A stretch of 64,000 nucleotides of DNA from Zancudomyces culisetae HAW-14-8 (taxonomy: Eukaryota; Fungi; Kickxellomycota), in contig JBNJNM010000021.1 of the NCBI GenBank assembly GCA_052426225.1, forward strand, positions 248,001 to 312,000. The letters run 5' to 3'. Shown here in pieces: positions 47,749 through 61,262 of this stretch; within the stretch, counting starts at the first letter, position 1, and every line of letters begins with the position of its first letter. The translations under genes were made by a program, and so were the position numbers. Under the pieces are notes generated by a model. That model saw nothing but the letters and a program-made list of their open reading frames with translations, did no database searches and had not been told where the DNA came from.

Positions 47749-48941
47749 TTAGGGACTGAATGGCTTCAAAAGATTAGTAACGCTGGAAAATTTAACAGTA
47801 TCCTCTTCGATATTTGTATCGCAGATATTCCCACTACCAATGTCACTCTCAACATCACCATACTTGTCGCATGTAAATACTTCATCTTCAATAAAACAGG
47901 GGCTTATGCAATTTATGTTTTTTAAACAGGTACTTTTTCCTCCTCTTCGTATCTGATCACTGAAAATGTTCGAATCGGTTTGGTCCTCGTTTATACTTTC
48001 AATGCTATCCAGGTTACTGTATGTCTCCTTGTTCCAGGCCATGTCCTCAAAATTGGTGTTTATTTCTGAAGTGTACTCGTCTACGAGTGTTTTGTCCATT
48101 ATATCGCTGAATTTGGTGTCATAAGATCCTTGTGGCTCAAATTTTGCCCAAAAATAACCATCATAATCGAGTGTTGAACATTTAGTGACTCCAATATCCA
48201 AAATATCTCTGCTGGGGGTCATTTTTGGGCTTTTTTCTTGTAAATCATTCATCTCTGCTACCCAAAGGCTACACTCGCGTTTTTTTTCGTTTTGCTTTGC
48301 TACCTCTCCACAAACTGTGCATAACTGATTGTTCAAGTTTTGACTTTGGGTATCTAAACTGGTGTCGAGTGTGTAGGACCTGCTCTGTTGGTGATTAAAC
48401 TTATCAACTCTCGATGCCTGTTCTGCCTATTTGGTTTAGTTTTTACAACATCAACAGATATATCAGGACAACCTACTGAATAAAAGCAAGGAAAGTAAAT
48501 TCAGAAATTACCTGTAACCAATTAAGATTGAACCCTTGATATTGACGTTGCTGATTTGGATTGAGTATATATTGAAATGGAACGTGTGTCCGTGGTGCTA
48601 GTGATACCCTTTGCTGGTATTTCCTTTTTTTCAAACTTGGCGCTGTATACTTCCCTATCCTTACAACAGTGGCGTTACTTGTGTTGTAGGTTGAATTGGT
48701 GCGTAATCGTTCAACTTGACCATTCACAGTTGCAATCCTAATACATAGCGTGAGTACACCATTTTTATTTGTCTTTGTTTAAAAGAAAGAAGTGTCAATG
48801 AATTATATTTCCACTTTATATGAGTATATTAAAAATAAGAGCTAGTAATTATGAATATTAGCTAGAAATGACTACACTATAGTACCTCACGTAAGGAAAA
48901 TATCGCACAAAATCACCACCCAAGTCGTTAGGGTTGCTCAT
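47749..48941 (-). CDS. Hypothetical protein, 3 exons
   Basis: MSNPNDLGGDFVRYFPYVR|IATVNGQVERL...NLNWLQ|AEQASRV...LNNQLCTVC; intron phases are consistent and join the 84-aa and 195-aa ORFs. Confidence 0.6.
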
Positions 48942-50040
48942 TTCGACGCACTGATGGCCGACTGTTTATTTTAATCAAGAATAAAGTTGTGACTGTGTGT
49001 ATTAGTGCAAATAAATATACAATAGTCTGTAATAATGACAAATAAATTGGTAAGTTAGTATAGCGTTTTTCTTTCTTTTTCTTTTTCGTCTGCTTGATAA
49101 AACTGTAGGTTTATCAGAAAATAAACTTGGTACACCATGAGACATTTATAACAATATCCCGACTCTTATGTATGCACTAAACTGTTTTTGAAGATCACCT
49201 TTTTTGTCCTTCCGTTATAAATGTCATTACTACACCATTTACCATGGATTTTGATTGAAAATCCAAGCGTAAAGGGCGTAAATATAAATTACTGGCATAT
49301 AGCGTGCATAGAGATATGAAGCAAACATCAACTTGAAAAGCGATGAGTGGATAAAAGCGGTATAGATCAAGATACATTCTACAAGTACAAATATAAGAGG
49401 CCACTTATCTTGTAGTCTGGCGTGACCTGAGTTAAATAAAAAAAATGAAGAGTACCACAAAAGTTGTGAATAGTTTTCAGTGTCATTTTGTCTTTCATTT
49501 CTTTGTTCATCCCCTTTTTTGAAATATCATTACTCATTCAATAGGTAATGACAAAGTTTTTGATTTTGGCATTCAGGTTTACAAAAAATGTACTAAACAG
49601 ACTAAAATACTCCTCTACAATCCTACCTACCACTAATTCTTTTTATTTACGTTTTCTTTTTAAGAAATAACTACATCCCAAACAGAGGAAAAAATGATCT
49701 TAGCATAGAATGACGACTTGTTGAGTCCACCACAAATGCATCGGGTACCTGCTATAAACACCCACCATGCATAATATCCTCACCTAGTTTCACCACATTA
49801 GCTAATTTATTAAAAGTTCTACACAAAAAATAAAATCTAACAGCGACTCAGTGATGTTCATAGTTAAGTTAAAAAATAGCGGTGGATGTAAAACTTTTTT
49901 TTGAGAAATAGTTTTGGGTGATAGTACTAAAACAAGAGACTGTTGAATCCAACGGCAAGTACTAAACATATTTAGTTGTCAGTTTTATGATGCCCTACGA
50001 TTCTTTACGAGCTAAAGCTTCCTTTCTTCTAAAATCACAG

Positions 50041-53000
50041 CTATGCGTCAATATCCACATTTAGAACACCAGCGTTTTCGAGCTTGCTATCAGCAGTACA
50101 TCTAATTAGTGAATGTTGAATAGATACGTGTTAGTAATTTTTGTCCAAGAAAGCACAGCTTGCTATTATACCGTTCTATAGAGACAATACTGAAAAGTCC
50201 AACTATAAAATATTCCAAAAATTCTTACCTTTTGATTGTATTAGTATGATTAAGAACAGATGTGCGCAAACCCTTGAAGTATTTATCGTATTGAATCAGT
50301 GTAGTATTGTACGGCTTTAGCCTATATGGTGAACCTACGAATACAAGTTTACACTATACTTGTTTGGTTTTGTTTTTAAAGTAATAAAAGTTGTCAATGG
50401 TTAGCGGATACCATCGCGAGTTATTTTTATTTCAAATTTGTAAGATGAGTGTTGTTGCAATTACCCAAAATACCGGAAACAATAGGGATCGTAGAATCTA
50501 TATAAACGGCATCATAAATTGGCTTTGAAGGTGGTGCATCCGGAGATCCCGTATTTCCAATCAGTTGGATAAGTGGAATATTCCTTCCGTTCATAAACAT
50601 GATATTCTATATGATTGAATGCATGTATATATATCGCTTTGAGATTAAAAGGTAAACCTGGGGTCGTGATAAATAAAATAATAACAAAAATCAAGTGATT
50701 GATGGCCTCGTTTTACATAAGAGCTACAGTTACACTTACCTGCAATACCATTTGGCGTGATACATCGCAAGTTCTGAGAGATGAACCATCATAATGATCG
50801 GATTTCTTATATCGGTAAAACCCAACAGTGTAAAACCCAGCTGCTTCGAACTCGGTCCTTGCTTCGTTTTCAGATTTCGGGCTTTGGTCATTCTACATGT
50901 CAATCGGTACAAATTAAGTAAAGTTGAAACAATTTAACTCGAAGAAAGGTAGAGATGCCTTACATCGTCTTCCGATTCATCCATTTCACCTGGATATGCC
51001 AGAGTAACATACAATATTTTTTCTAAAGGGTCATAGCACCCTCCAAGGAAACCCTGTACACAGTCACCGTATGTGCTTGCATGAAACGCTACAAAATCCT
51101 ATCAGATATATATGACTTCATGCTATAATTTGCCATTTTTAGCAGAAAGTAGTGGTGGATAATATAAACCAGGTTGATGAAACGAATGTACCACAGCCGC
51201 ACATACTCCTTGCAAATATAAACTTATAGCTACTCACCATTACAGCGGGATCTATATATAATGAAAATTTACGAGGGTTTTCTTCTTCAAAATCCTTTAC
51301 CACCACGTGGTACTTGTCTATACAAACATCAGATAGTAAAGCGAATATAATCATATGATAAAAATAGTTGACCCTTTTTAAGAGTAAAAGATCAACAACA
51401 ACGGTAAAAATCACAATGTATGAGTTATTCTGATATAGCATACTACAAATACCAACAGGAAAAAAAAGCTCTCGCCATTCTGTATTACCTTTTTTCTCAA
51501 CGATTATATCAGGTACTCCGGGCGACGAGTCAACAGATGACCGCGACGGCGGCGACAATGGTGCTGGCCTACTGTCTCGCACCTTGTTGAAATCACTACT
51601 CAATCTAAAACAAGCCCAAGCTTGCCTATCCTCGCCAGGTTTCTTGAATCCAATATGTTTTTTACACATACAATAGATGGCACAGTAACAATTGGGGTGT
51701 GCAATGCAAACATTTTTTTCCTTTTTCCTACATTTAACGTTTTATGGATAAGTTATTCAACTATATTAGATAGAGCATGTGCTTTGGAACTCGGTGCCTT
51801 TAATAGTTAAACTTACTTGAGCTTCTCAGATATGGGCATACCATTATTTTTCTTTGCTGTAGAATCTCTTAATCGGGTGCTGCGTCTGCTCGATGTACTA
51901 GCTGAATCTGCCGCTGAGTACCTCGGTTCTTCAGGCGTGGTGGCGCCACTCTCTTCAAGCCTGGCTTTTTTAGTAGTCCGCTCCATAGCAGGCGGCTGCT
52001 TATTAGACGACGAGGGAAAATATCTCTTTGGGTACACTCCTTTGTTTATGGCTTCAATCTTTTCCAGCCAAGTATGTACTCTGCCTATTGCATTTACATC
52101 TCCACACCCCACAAGTCCAAGTCTTGACGAAATCTTTGTTAGATACTCTGGCTTTGTCTCCTCCCATCGCATCAATATAAAGTTTCTGATTTTGAAATAT
52201 CTATCTGCTGTCTTGTTTAGCTTGTTTGTAAAGAATTCCTTGTGTACTGATTTCTCATGATCTGAAATTAACTCCGGGTCCAATACGTACTATTTAGTAT
52301 ATATGAAAACATGATAATTTAACTACAAAATCTGACTAATTACAATCAATGTTGCAAATATCATACCTTTCTATTTCCTTCGACATAATGATGAACACTT
52401 AATCTATGCTTTTTTCCCCCCTCACTCGACTTTTCTTGCTTGGGTTGTACTATATTCGGTAAAGTATTCGCGCTTTCATCCATGTTGGGAGCTCCTGTCT
52501 TATCATTACCTTTGTTTCTTGTAATTAACCGCAGTCTCCTGGGCGATGCCGAGTGAGAGTCATCTAATCGACCTTGAATATTTTCCTTTTCGCCATTCGT
52601 TTCCACCATAGCCACTTGGATTCCTCCTGCAACCATTTTATTACTCTCAACCTCCGTTGTGCTTCCACTAACCCCTACTCCCTCACTACTACCACTGCTC
52701 ATTTCAGTGATATCCTTCACACCCACCTTGGATACACCTTTTTCTTCGTTCGCATCTTCCTTTTCCCCACCTTTTAGTGGGCTAGCATTATTTCTCTCAC
52801 TATCCTCAAAACTATTACTTGTTTTATCTATTATGCTGTCTTTTAATGTCATTTTTGTCGTTGACTTTGACTTTTTTATGTCTTCAAGATACGGAAACCG
52901 CTCTGGTGTATTAGGAACCGTTTTTTCAGCTCTCAATTCTCCCTTCTCTACACACGTATGTTGTTCGATATTTTGTGTGCTTTTCTGCTTAATATCACAG

Positions 53001-53191
53001 TCCATATTCGCGCAATCTCCTGATACAATTCCTTCTTTTTTTTCACCGTTCATCTCCATGGACGTGTTATCGTGTTTTTTTCTGTTTTCTTGCCCTTGGT
53101 TCTTTTTCTTTGCGCTATTATCCAAAGTATCTGATACGTTATTCTCAGCTATATTGAGCCTAAGTTTTAGTCTACCTACACCCTTAAACAT
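50041..53191 (-). CDS. MYSM1-like SWIRM + MPN(-) domain protein, ~9 exons
   Basis: SWIRM: KTADRYFKIRNFILMRWEETKPEYLTKISSRLGLVGCGDVNAIGRVHTWLEKIEAIN. Downstream exons give an MPN-like fold: FSLYIDPAVM|DFVAFHASTYGDCVQGFLGG...LYVTLAYP|...VGFYRYKKSDHYDGSSLRTCDVSRQMVLQ. Confidence 0.8.
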
Positions 53192-55681
53192 TACAATCCG
53201 GAGTGCAAGATAGTGGTAAATGTAGTATTGATGGTTTTGATTAATGGATATTTTCTGATATATACGCTGCTATTTTGTTTCTCCAGCTTCACCTGCACTT
53301 AATACGAGTATTAGTGGTAATATATGTTTCTCATAACCCTATTTTACAACAATTCTAGCACTAAGAACGATAGGCGATACCTTTTTCAGAATAATACCAT
53401 TGGCTGTGTTTTGAATAATACTAATCTTTAAAGAACTGATACCAACATATAATGCTATTTTATCCGGTTTACACCTTTTATGATATGTATATCTTTTGAT
53501 ATATCACTGATATTTTTTTTTTGCTAATTAAAGAACGTTCCACTTGATAAATACAAAATATTGTTCATGAAAAATTATTTCTTTTCTCCACCAAGCAAAC
53601 CCCCTCCTTCCTTTCCGAAATAATGCCACCAACAACAATAAAAGTGGTACAGCATACGTATCAAGTCTGAGTGGGAAAATAATTCACGACTACTTTTTTT
53701 TTTTGTAATTTTGGGCTGTTGTACCCTCACATGTAATTTCAACTATCTTTAATTGTGGTTAATTGTTGATTTTCTGAGCAGTTTCTCCTAAGATGGTTTA
53801 AAATAAGAAATTTTTTACTGCTAAAAATTTTTTTCCTGTTTTTCATTCCCGAAACTAAGAGAAAATGTGCTTAAAGCAACTTGGTAAGAAATTGGAGCTA
53901 CTACAAATCAGTACACAAATTCTTAGAAAAATGTATTGACCAAAGTGTCTCATTTTGTGTTGTCATCCCCATAGATTTCCCAGAGATATATAGCTTTAGC
54001 TGTATCTATCTGGGTTATATGCTAATGTTGCTCTTGTACTCTCCTCTGGTGAAAAATTGAGCTATAGGAAGGTCGCAAATCGCATCTAGAAAGGTGGGTG
54101 CTACCTTGAGAAACGAGCAGTTTCAGTAAAGATCTCTGTCTGAATGTATCGGTAGCATCTATTGTTGACTATTTCTGACGCAGTATGCAACATAGGAGGG
54201 GGAAGTAAAGAGTGTGTGAATATATACATTCAATATCCCTCCCCTCCTCCTCTCACAGATACCACCCTCCTATTTTCATTATAACATTGTACTTATTGCT
54301 AAAGTTTTTGGGTTAAAGCATCCAGTTTTTTTTTGGTACAATAAATGAAATGGGCAAATATTAGTTGTTTATTCATAAAAATGAACTGCGGCCTACCAAT
54401 TGAATACAGACACTAAACTAGTGTTTTAAAAAGTAGTTTGGTAAGCGTAAATGCACTTGCAAAAGTAGCAATGTGATACTTCTAGTTTATCTTTGTTTAC
54501 TGATGTTTTTGCGCACTGACATTGTCCATCAATCGCTCAAAAACAAGAATTGGATTGTTTTTAGATAAATGGTACATCGCCAAACTGTCATACAAAACCA
54601 AAAACGCTGTGCCAGTCTAGAAATAGAGATGCGGTTGTCCTTAATAAATGAAAAGTGCACAATATGCAAGCTTAAAAAGTGAAAAGCAAAACAGGAGTAT
54701 GATGCAGGCCAGGATTGGACTGCAAATAACACTTGTTACAAACCCATTATTTTGGGTTAATAATGTCAGAGATTGTTTGTCAAAGTCAGGTTTTTGTTTT
54801 CCAAAACAGATAATAGTTTGACAATTCCCTTTTTCAACCCCTTCTTCCATATTTTAAACCACAAAGTTTCTAAATGTAAAGTTGAATCTGTAGGATCTCT
54901 CCAGTCAGATATCAAAACCAATGCAATTTTCACAATAAACAAAATAAATAGACCTACAGTTCCTTAGCAAAAAAGTAATTAGAATGCAAAGCAGATAAAC
55001 TATTGGCCTGCTCCTAAATAACGTGAAAAAAAGGTAACATGCCATCAAACCTATTGAACCATATGTTACACTAGTACAGAAAAGTACCAACTGAGGGTAT
55101 GGTGATTTGATGAAATTGATAGATTTGATAGTCAAGAACATATGTAACCCACTGATCAACCCTTCGTGGTTTAAAACACACTGTCACTACTATCGATAGT
55201 AGCGATCTTGTTAAGCTAAACACACAAAAACAATCATATGGATAAAAATAAATTATGTGAATGCTCCTTGTGTTGATGAGTTACAGCACAGTTAAAGCCA
55301 TTGGTATCTTACGTTGTACTATATTTCTTAGTATAGGACTTAGAAGTAAACATATGCTGGTACTACATGATTCAAACTGGGTGCTATTTCTTTCAGGGCG
55401 CTAGGGAAGGAGGGGGGAGGGGGAGTTATGACGCAGGAAGAAGAGGAAACGCGGGGTTACAAATGGTGATAAGAAAGGATAAAAGTGATAAGGGACTTGT
55501 GTAAACAGTACAGTTGAGCAACACATATTTGCGCAAAACGATAACGGTTATAACTATAATTACTGTTTACTTTTGAGAATCTAAGAACCAAAAAAATAAA
55601 ATAAACCAAAACAAAACAAAATAGAATAAATCAAAGATGATTTTTTGCTTATCATACAACCAACGAAAGGGAATAATGCGT

Positions 55682-57415
55682 TCAATCGGTCAAGTTAACA
55701 ATAGGTATATCGGGAGTTAATTGGGTGTCATCGATTGTAGGAGCGCTATACCTAGCTTCTGCATCGACACGCCTTCTCCATGCAACATACCCGAGCCTCA
55801 AGTTTTCTTCAACTTCCCTTGGCCTTTCTATCCCAGCTATATCAGATATCCAGCTAGCAATATTTTCTGCAATGGTGTAATTAGATGATGCAAAGTCCCT
55901 GGTTATTAAACATGTCATTGTTGAGTGGTTGGGAAGGATATTGTACTTTTCTGTTATCATAAGATCGACGTAGTCAAGTGCAAGGTCATACCTCCTGAGT
56001 AAAACAAGATACTTGATCAAGCTATTGAATGTCGTAACGTTTGGTAATACCAGATGGCTCCTAGGGTTTATAACGCCTAGTTTGGCCAGGTGTTTGCTGT
56101 CATCTAAAGTATCCATGGAATTGAATATCTCTATAGCTTTATCTACGTTCCCATTTAAAAGGTACACCTTTATTAGTGAGGCGTAGATTTCCGCCCGCCC
56201 GCTATTGGAAAACTTTGAAAAATCAAGCTTGACTTCATTACTTTCTTCAAGGCTTATCCATGGATTCTCCTCGACATTCTTGGCATCACTGTTCCCATTG
56301 AAAAATTTACCAAATCCATTTTTCTTTGTAAATGCATCCCTTAGGGAGCTCAAATTTAGAATTCCATCCTCTTTCCTGTTAACTTCACCAATACTTATAC
56401 CATTTACTGGGGATGGACGCTGAGAGTTATCAAACAGCTTTTGTGCAACGTTTACGTTCCCTATTACACCATAAGCAAAAATCATATGCGCTACAACCCT
56501 CGGTGTTTTACTTATCCCCTTTGACTCCATTTCGTTCCAAATTTCAAACAGTTTTGCAATTCTCTTGCTAAAATCGTTGCTTTTAACGATTTTCCCGTCA
56601 AAAAATGAAATGCTGCCGGAAAGTGCCCTGTGTGCTAGAATGGATTCGTAAATAATGTAGCTAAATCTGTCAATGTGACCTCCATGATTCTTTATGCTGT
56701 TCCAAAAGTGATCTGCCTTTTCGTAAGCCCTAATCAAGGAGTAAAAGTATAGCATATGGCTTATAATTCTGGGCTCATATATACCTGTGAGGTGCTCCTT
56801 TTGCCGAGAAATCGTTTTTATTTCGCTTAAAGTTATTCCAAATATTTCATCGCCACTTTTGCCTCCACTGATACTGGTATTGCTATTTTTTTCAAATTTG
56901 TTAGATTTGATTCCGAAAACGCTATCCTTAAGTAGGGATTTTGTATAAGTATCGCTAGTAAGGCTCTCCAAATCACTAATGTTCTGCAATATATATTCAA
57001 GCCTCTCCTCGTATTCAATATCGATTCTATGATTTCTCTCCTTCAATTTAGTGATATTCACTTTTAATAGCATCTCAACATGATCCTCTCTAGACAGTGT
57101 AACCTTTGTACTTTGTGATCCATATCGCATTATTGTCAAGTAGGATTTCCAAGAAGTTTCCACATCATTAGATCTCAAATCGTTCTTCAGATTTTTTAGC
57201 AGTACATCGATTTCGTTCAGGGTGTTAACATTCCCTACTTTTGTGGCTTCCTCAATAGTAGCATTGTTATCCACACCAGTGTATAAACTTCTGCAACGAC
57301 ACAGCAGGTTTTGCTTTCGAGTTTGTGCTATTCCAAGATAGCTTCGTAACATAGAACCTGTTTGACCCTTTGCATTCAAAGCAAGTAGTCTGAGGATTCC
57401 GGTCGCCATTCTCAT
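55682..57415 (-). CDS. Mitochondrial pentatricopeptide repeat (PPR) protein
   Basis: Mitochondrial-type N-terminus; PPR motifs HMIFAYGVIGNVNVAQKLFD, IYASLIKVYLLNGNVDKAIEIFNSM, PNVTTFNSLIKYL. Confidence 0.8.
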   Translation of the reverse strand: MRMATGILRLLALNAKGQTGSMLRSYLGIAQTRKQNLLCRCRSLYTGVDNNATIEEATKVGNVNTLNEIDVLLKNLKNDLRSNDVETSWKSYLTIMRYGSQSTKVTLSREDHVEMLLKVNITKLKERNHRIDIEYEERLEYILQNISDLESLTSDTYTKSLLKDSVFGIKSNKFEKNSNTSISGGKSGDEIFGITLSEIKTISRQKEHLTGIYEPRIISHMLYFYSLIRAYEKADHFWNSIKNHGGHIDRFSYIIYESILAHRALSGSISFFDGKIVKSNDFSKRIAKLFEIWNEMESKGISKTPRVVAHMIFAYGVIGNVNVAQKLFDNSQRPSPVNGISIGEVNRKEDGILNLSSLRDAFTKKNGFGKFFNGNSDAKNVEENPWISLEESNEVKLDFSKFSNSGRAEIYASLIKVYLLNGNVDKAIEIFNSMDTLDDSKHLAKLGVINPRSHLVLPNVTTFNSLIKYLVLLRRYDLALDYVDLMITEKYNILPNHSTMTCLITRDFASSNYTIAENIASWISDIAGIERPREVEENLRLGYVAWRRRVDAEARYSAPTIDDTQLTPDIPIVNLTD

Positions 57416-59019
57416 TTCCTGTTCTCTACCCTTATTTCCCTTACTTTTCCTCTAACAACAAAGAAAGCTGGAGCGTGACTATGTAATTTTTCAAATTACT
57501 ACTAGTATCTTTCCAAATGAAAAGAATGCCTTTTACACCAAGAAGAAAAAAAGACAAAGGTCTATATAAAACACACAGATAAAACAAGCTGGCTGATTTA
57601 GAAAAGATAAATGTTTATGGATTAAAAGTACTTAAAGGCAACTACTTTACACGCTGGTCAACCTTCTTATGTTGCTGTGGTATCTTGTGTATCTGTTCCT
57701 CTTTTTGAAAACTCTGCTATAAATTTTTTTTTCTCACTATCTTTTGAAACTCTCCTTGTTAGTTAATTGAAATTTGCCAGAAAATTCGGGAAAGATGAGC
57801 AGATTTAATTGGTATAGCAAGTTCAAATTACCCAAAGTAAATAAAAGGTTCTTAATTTGGTTTGTAATCCCTCCTTTTGGCTGATAAAAAAAATTTTTTT
57901 TTACAATTTTAAGATTAGCAACAACAAAAACATATTTTTGTAAAAATAAACATTGGTAATAAATGGGAATAGTACAAGCTGTTATGAAATGTAAATGTGA
58001 GACTACGAACTTGATGTTTTGAACACATTTAGAGGTAATAAACTTGCTTGTAAGAAGTCAATATCCTCACACACACAATATCCAGATGCCTTAGCCAACT
58101 CGCTGTATAGTAATAACTAGCCTTTGAGAATCCCAGTGCACTCAAACCTCTTCGTCTTAAAAAAAGGAGAGCGTGTATTTTTGGCAAAGTCGCATTGTGT
58201 TAAACATTGCTTTATTCATATCTGCTTCCTTCCTCCTTCGTCTTTGGGTTTGTGATGAACATATGCAATCTAACACATTGTAAACTGCTTGCCTGGCCAA
58301 GCATACCTGTGAAGCCCTAACACCAGTGTACCAAAAACTATGTACCCTCTCTAAAGTCAAGCTGAGCAAACTTAACATTAAGATACCTAATGGCGTGGTT
58401 CGAATATATTATTCATGCGAAAAGAGCCACAGAAAAGTTCAACCAGCTAACGTATATAAAAAAAATTGTGTGTTTTTGAAAAGATATAAAAACATCAAGT
58501 ATAGGAAAAGGATACAAAACCAGAGATTACTGTGTAGCTTTGAATATCTAAACTATCCACAGTATTCATCCGTATACTAAGGGGAAAGTATACCTCTAAT
58601 GCATTTTTATTATTATTTCAAACTCTTTTGCTGGCTCTGAATATATACTTCTATCAATATTTACTTTGTAACCACTTTGCCTTTACTGCGATTTTTGTTT
58701 ATTCAGGTCTTATGAAAGCCTTACGTAGGTACAGCTACATTCAAAATGAAAAAATAAATTAAAAATCAGCGTTCTCACCCAATGACGTAATATGGTAGCT
58801 TTATACAGCTAATTTTTTGTGTTGGTTTAGCTTGCTAATGCAAATAAAATAAATAGTATTGAAAATTGAATTCCCTTGTTATAAAACAAAACACCCTTAC
58901 CATTTTCACCACACGATTTGCTTTATTTTTTAAAAAATAGATATAAGAATCGTAGCTCTAGAAATCTAAATATAAGATTTAAGTAACTCAGTGAAAGTAA
59001 AAACAGCATAAAATAAAAA

Positions 59020-60356
59020 ATGGATTTGTCGAGATTACTGGGAATGTCAGCCGGCGGGTTGGGATCAGGTATAGATGTAGAAACTAGTGATACCTCTGAA
59101 GTTATCCATATTTCGTCATTGGCTCTGCTGAAGGTAAATTTACTTGCTTGTTATGTTTGGTTGTCTGTTTTACATTTTGCAGATTTTTGTTTAAAAGGAG
59201 GAAATGAGTTTGACTTACCATTTATTTGCATTTATGAAAACTATCCCTATAGATGCTCAAACATGGTAAGCTACGATATAAAACTTATACAAATAGAAAT
59301 TCTTTGAGAAAGGGCTGTGTGTGTAAAGTGACTAGAGATTTTCTCATTTTTTAAAAAATAAACAGGTCGAGCTGGTGTTCCGATGGAAGTAATGGGGCTG
59401 ATGCTGGGTGAGTTTGTTGATAAATATACTATACAGGTTGTCGATGTATTTGCAATGCCGCAAAGTGGTACAGGAGTCTCAGTTGAGGCGATTGATGAAG
59501 CATACCAAGCAGCAATGATGGAAATGCTCAAGCAAACGGGAAGGTATGTATTGTTTTTTTTCCAAGATTTCACATTTCTTGAAGAGAGCGCGTAAAAAAT
59601 AGTGAGAAAAAAATTGGGCTTTTTTGAATAGAGGTGAATCCGTTGTGGGGTGGTACCACTCACATCCAGGTTTCGGGTGCTGGCTTTCCAGCGTTGACAT
59701 AAATACTCAACAAGCATTTGAGCGGTTGAACCCCCGGGCGGTTGCCGTCGTGGTCGATCCTATCCAGTCAGTTAAAGGAAAGGTTGTGATTGATGCATTC
59801 CGATTGATAGATCCTGGACTCGCTATGGCTGGACAAGAGCCTCGCCAAACTACGACAAACTATGGATTTTTAAACAAGCCAAACATTCAGGTATTGCGGA
59901 TAATTTCATATTTAATGTTATATATCGAGATACATCCATTACAATTGCATTTGGACCTTTAGTATAAATTTTTTTGTAAATACGTATCTATTCTAGGCGC
60001 TAATCCACGGCTTGAACAGACACTACTACTCCATTATCATTGATTATCGAAAAAATAAACTGGAGGAAAAAATGTTGTTAAATCTCAATAAAAAGGAATG
60101 GACAAGTGGCTTGACACTGACGAACTTTGAAACCCACTGCTCCCATAACGAATCTTCTGTTAAAAAAATGCTTTCTCTTGCTGAGAGTTACTATAAAGAG
60201 ACGACTGATGAATCAAAATTGACTCCAGAACAATTAAAAACTAGACATGTGGGCCGACAGGATCCAAAACGACATTTGGAAGAAACTGTTGAAAATGTCA
60301 TGTGTGACAACCTGGTACAAGCTGCTGCTACCGCCATAGATCAGAAGGTCTTGTAA
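59020..60356 (+). CDS. RPN11: 26S proteasome lid deubiquitinase Rpn11, 5 exons including a 13-nt microexon
   Basis: ISSLALLK|MLKHG|[18 protein letters not shown]...[24 protein letters not shown] (intact JAMM)...LNRHYYSI. Confidence 0.97.
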
Positions 60357-60911
60357 AACTTGTTCATATCCAAACGATTCTGCGACTTCCGCAAAACCCT
60401 GTTTTGTTTTTGCACTTTATTTTATTGCTTTGCCTTTATTAATTTTTTTAACTAGCATATAACAAAGATAAAATTTTCCGTACCCCTCTCTTTTCCCCCT
60501 CCTGTCTGTTCCGAGCATTATTTTTCTTGTGTATAGCTAAAATTACGCCCGAAGAAATTCATCTCCCTTACTTCTCCCCGAAAGGTCGAATCCAGTTCCA
60601 GTGTACCGTACAAATGGAATGGAATGCCATCACAAAACAAAGCTGTGACATATATTCACTTGCATCTGCGACGGCTGTCAAAGAATGGAAAAAATTTTCG
60701 AGAATAGAGTTTGACATAAAGATGTGTGTACGTTTTATCTAAGAATACAGTATTCAATAAACAAATACGACCTGCTAATAAAGCCTGAAAATAAAATAAA
60801 ATAAAACACATACATTGCTTCAAAAGGTAAAATGAAAAGAAGGAATGAAAATAGATCATATACATATCAAGGGTGCTCCTTTAGCTATAGAATATACGCC
60901 TCTCCCCATCC

Positions 60912-61262
60912 TCAATCATCATCTGAATCAACTTCATTTTCTTCACGCGCTTTTCTAGACGTCGCAGAGCTCCCCTGATCCTTGAAAGCTGTTCTCTGTG
61001 TCTGATACGACATACTGGACATCTTGTTGGTCGCTGTTTCTATTTTTGCAAAATTCATCATGTGTGTCTTCTCTTTTGAGGGAACGAACACTTGGTTGTT
61101 CAATTTCATTCTGTCCTGGAACTCCAGTGTTGTAGTTATATCATCATTGATTGACTCTTTTTCAACTGTTGAATTGCTGGATCCCCAATTTTGCGAGTCT
61201 ATAGAATTTTTTAGGTGACCTTCCTTAATTCCTTGTGAAGCTGTAGCCATTTTTTTAACCAC
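60912..61262 (-). CDS. Small hypothetical protein (ATG ~61250, or last exon of a longer gene)
   Basis: 116-aa hydrophilic ORF with protein-like composition, preceded by a TTGCAG acceptor-like site. Confidence 0.45.
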   Translation of the reverse strand: MVKKMATASQGIKEGHLKNSIDSQNWGSSNSTVEKESINDDITTTLEFQDRMKLNNQVFVPSKEKTHMMNFAKIETATNKMSSMSYQTQRTAFKDQGSSATSRKAREENEVDSDDD

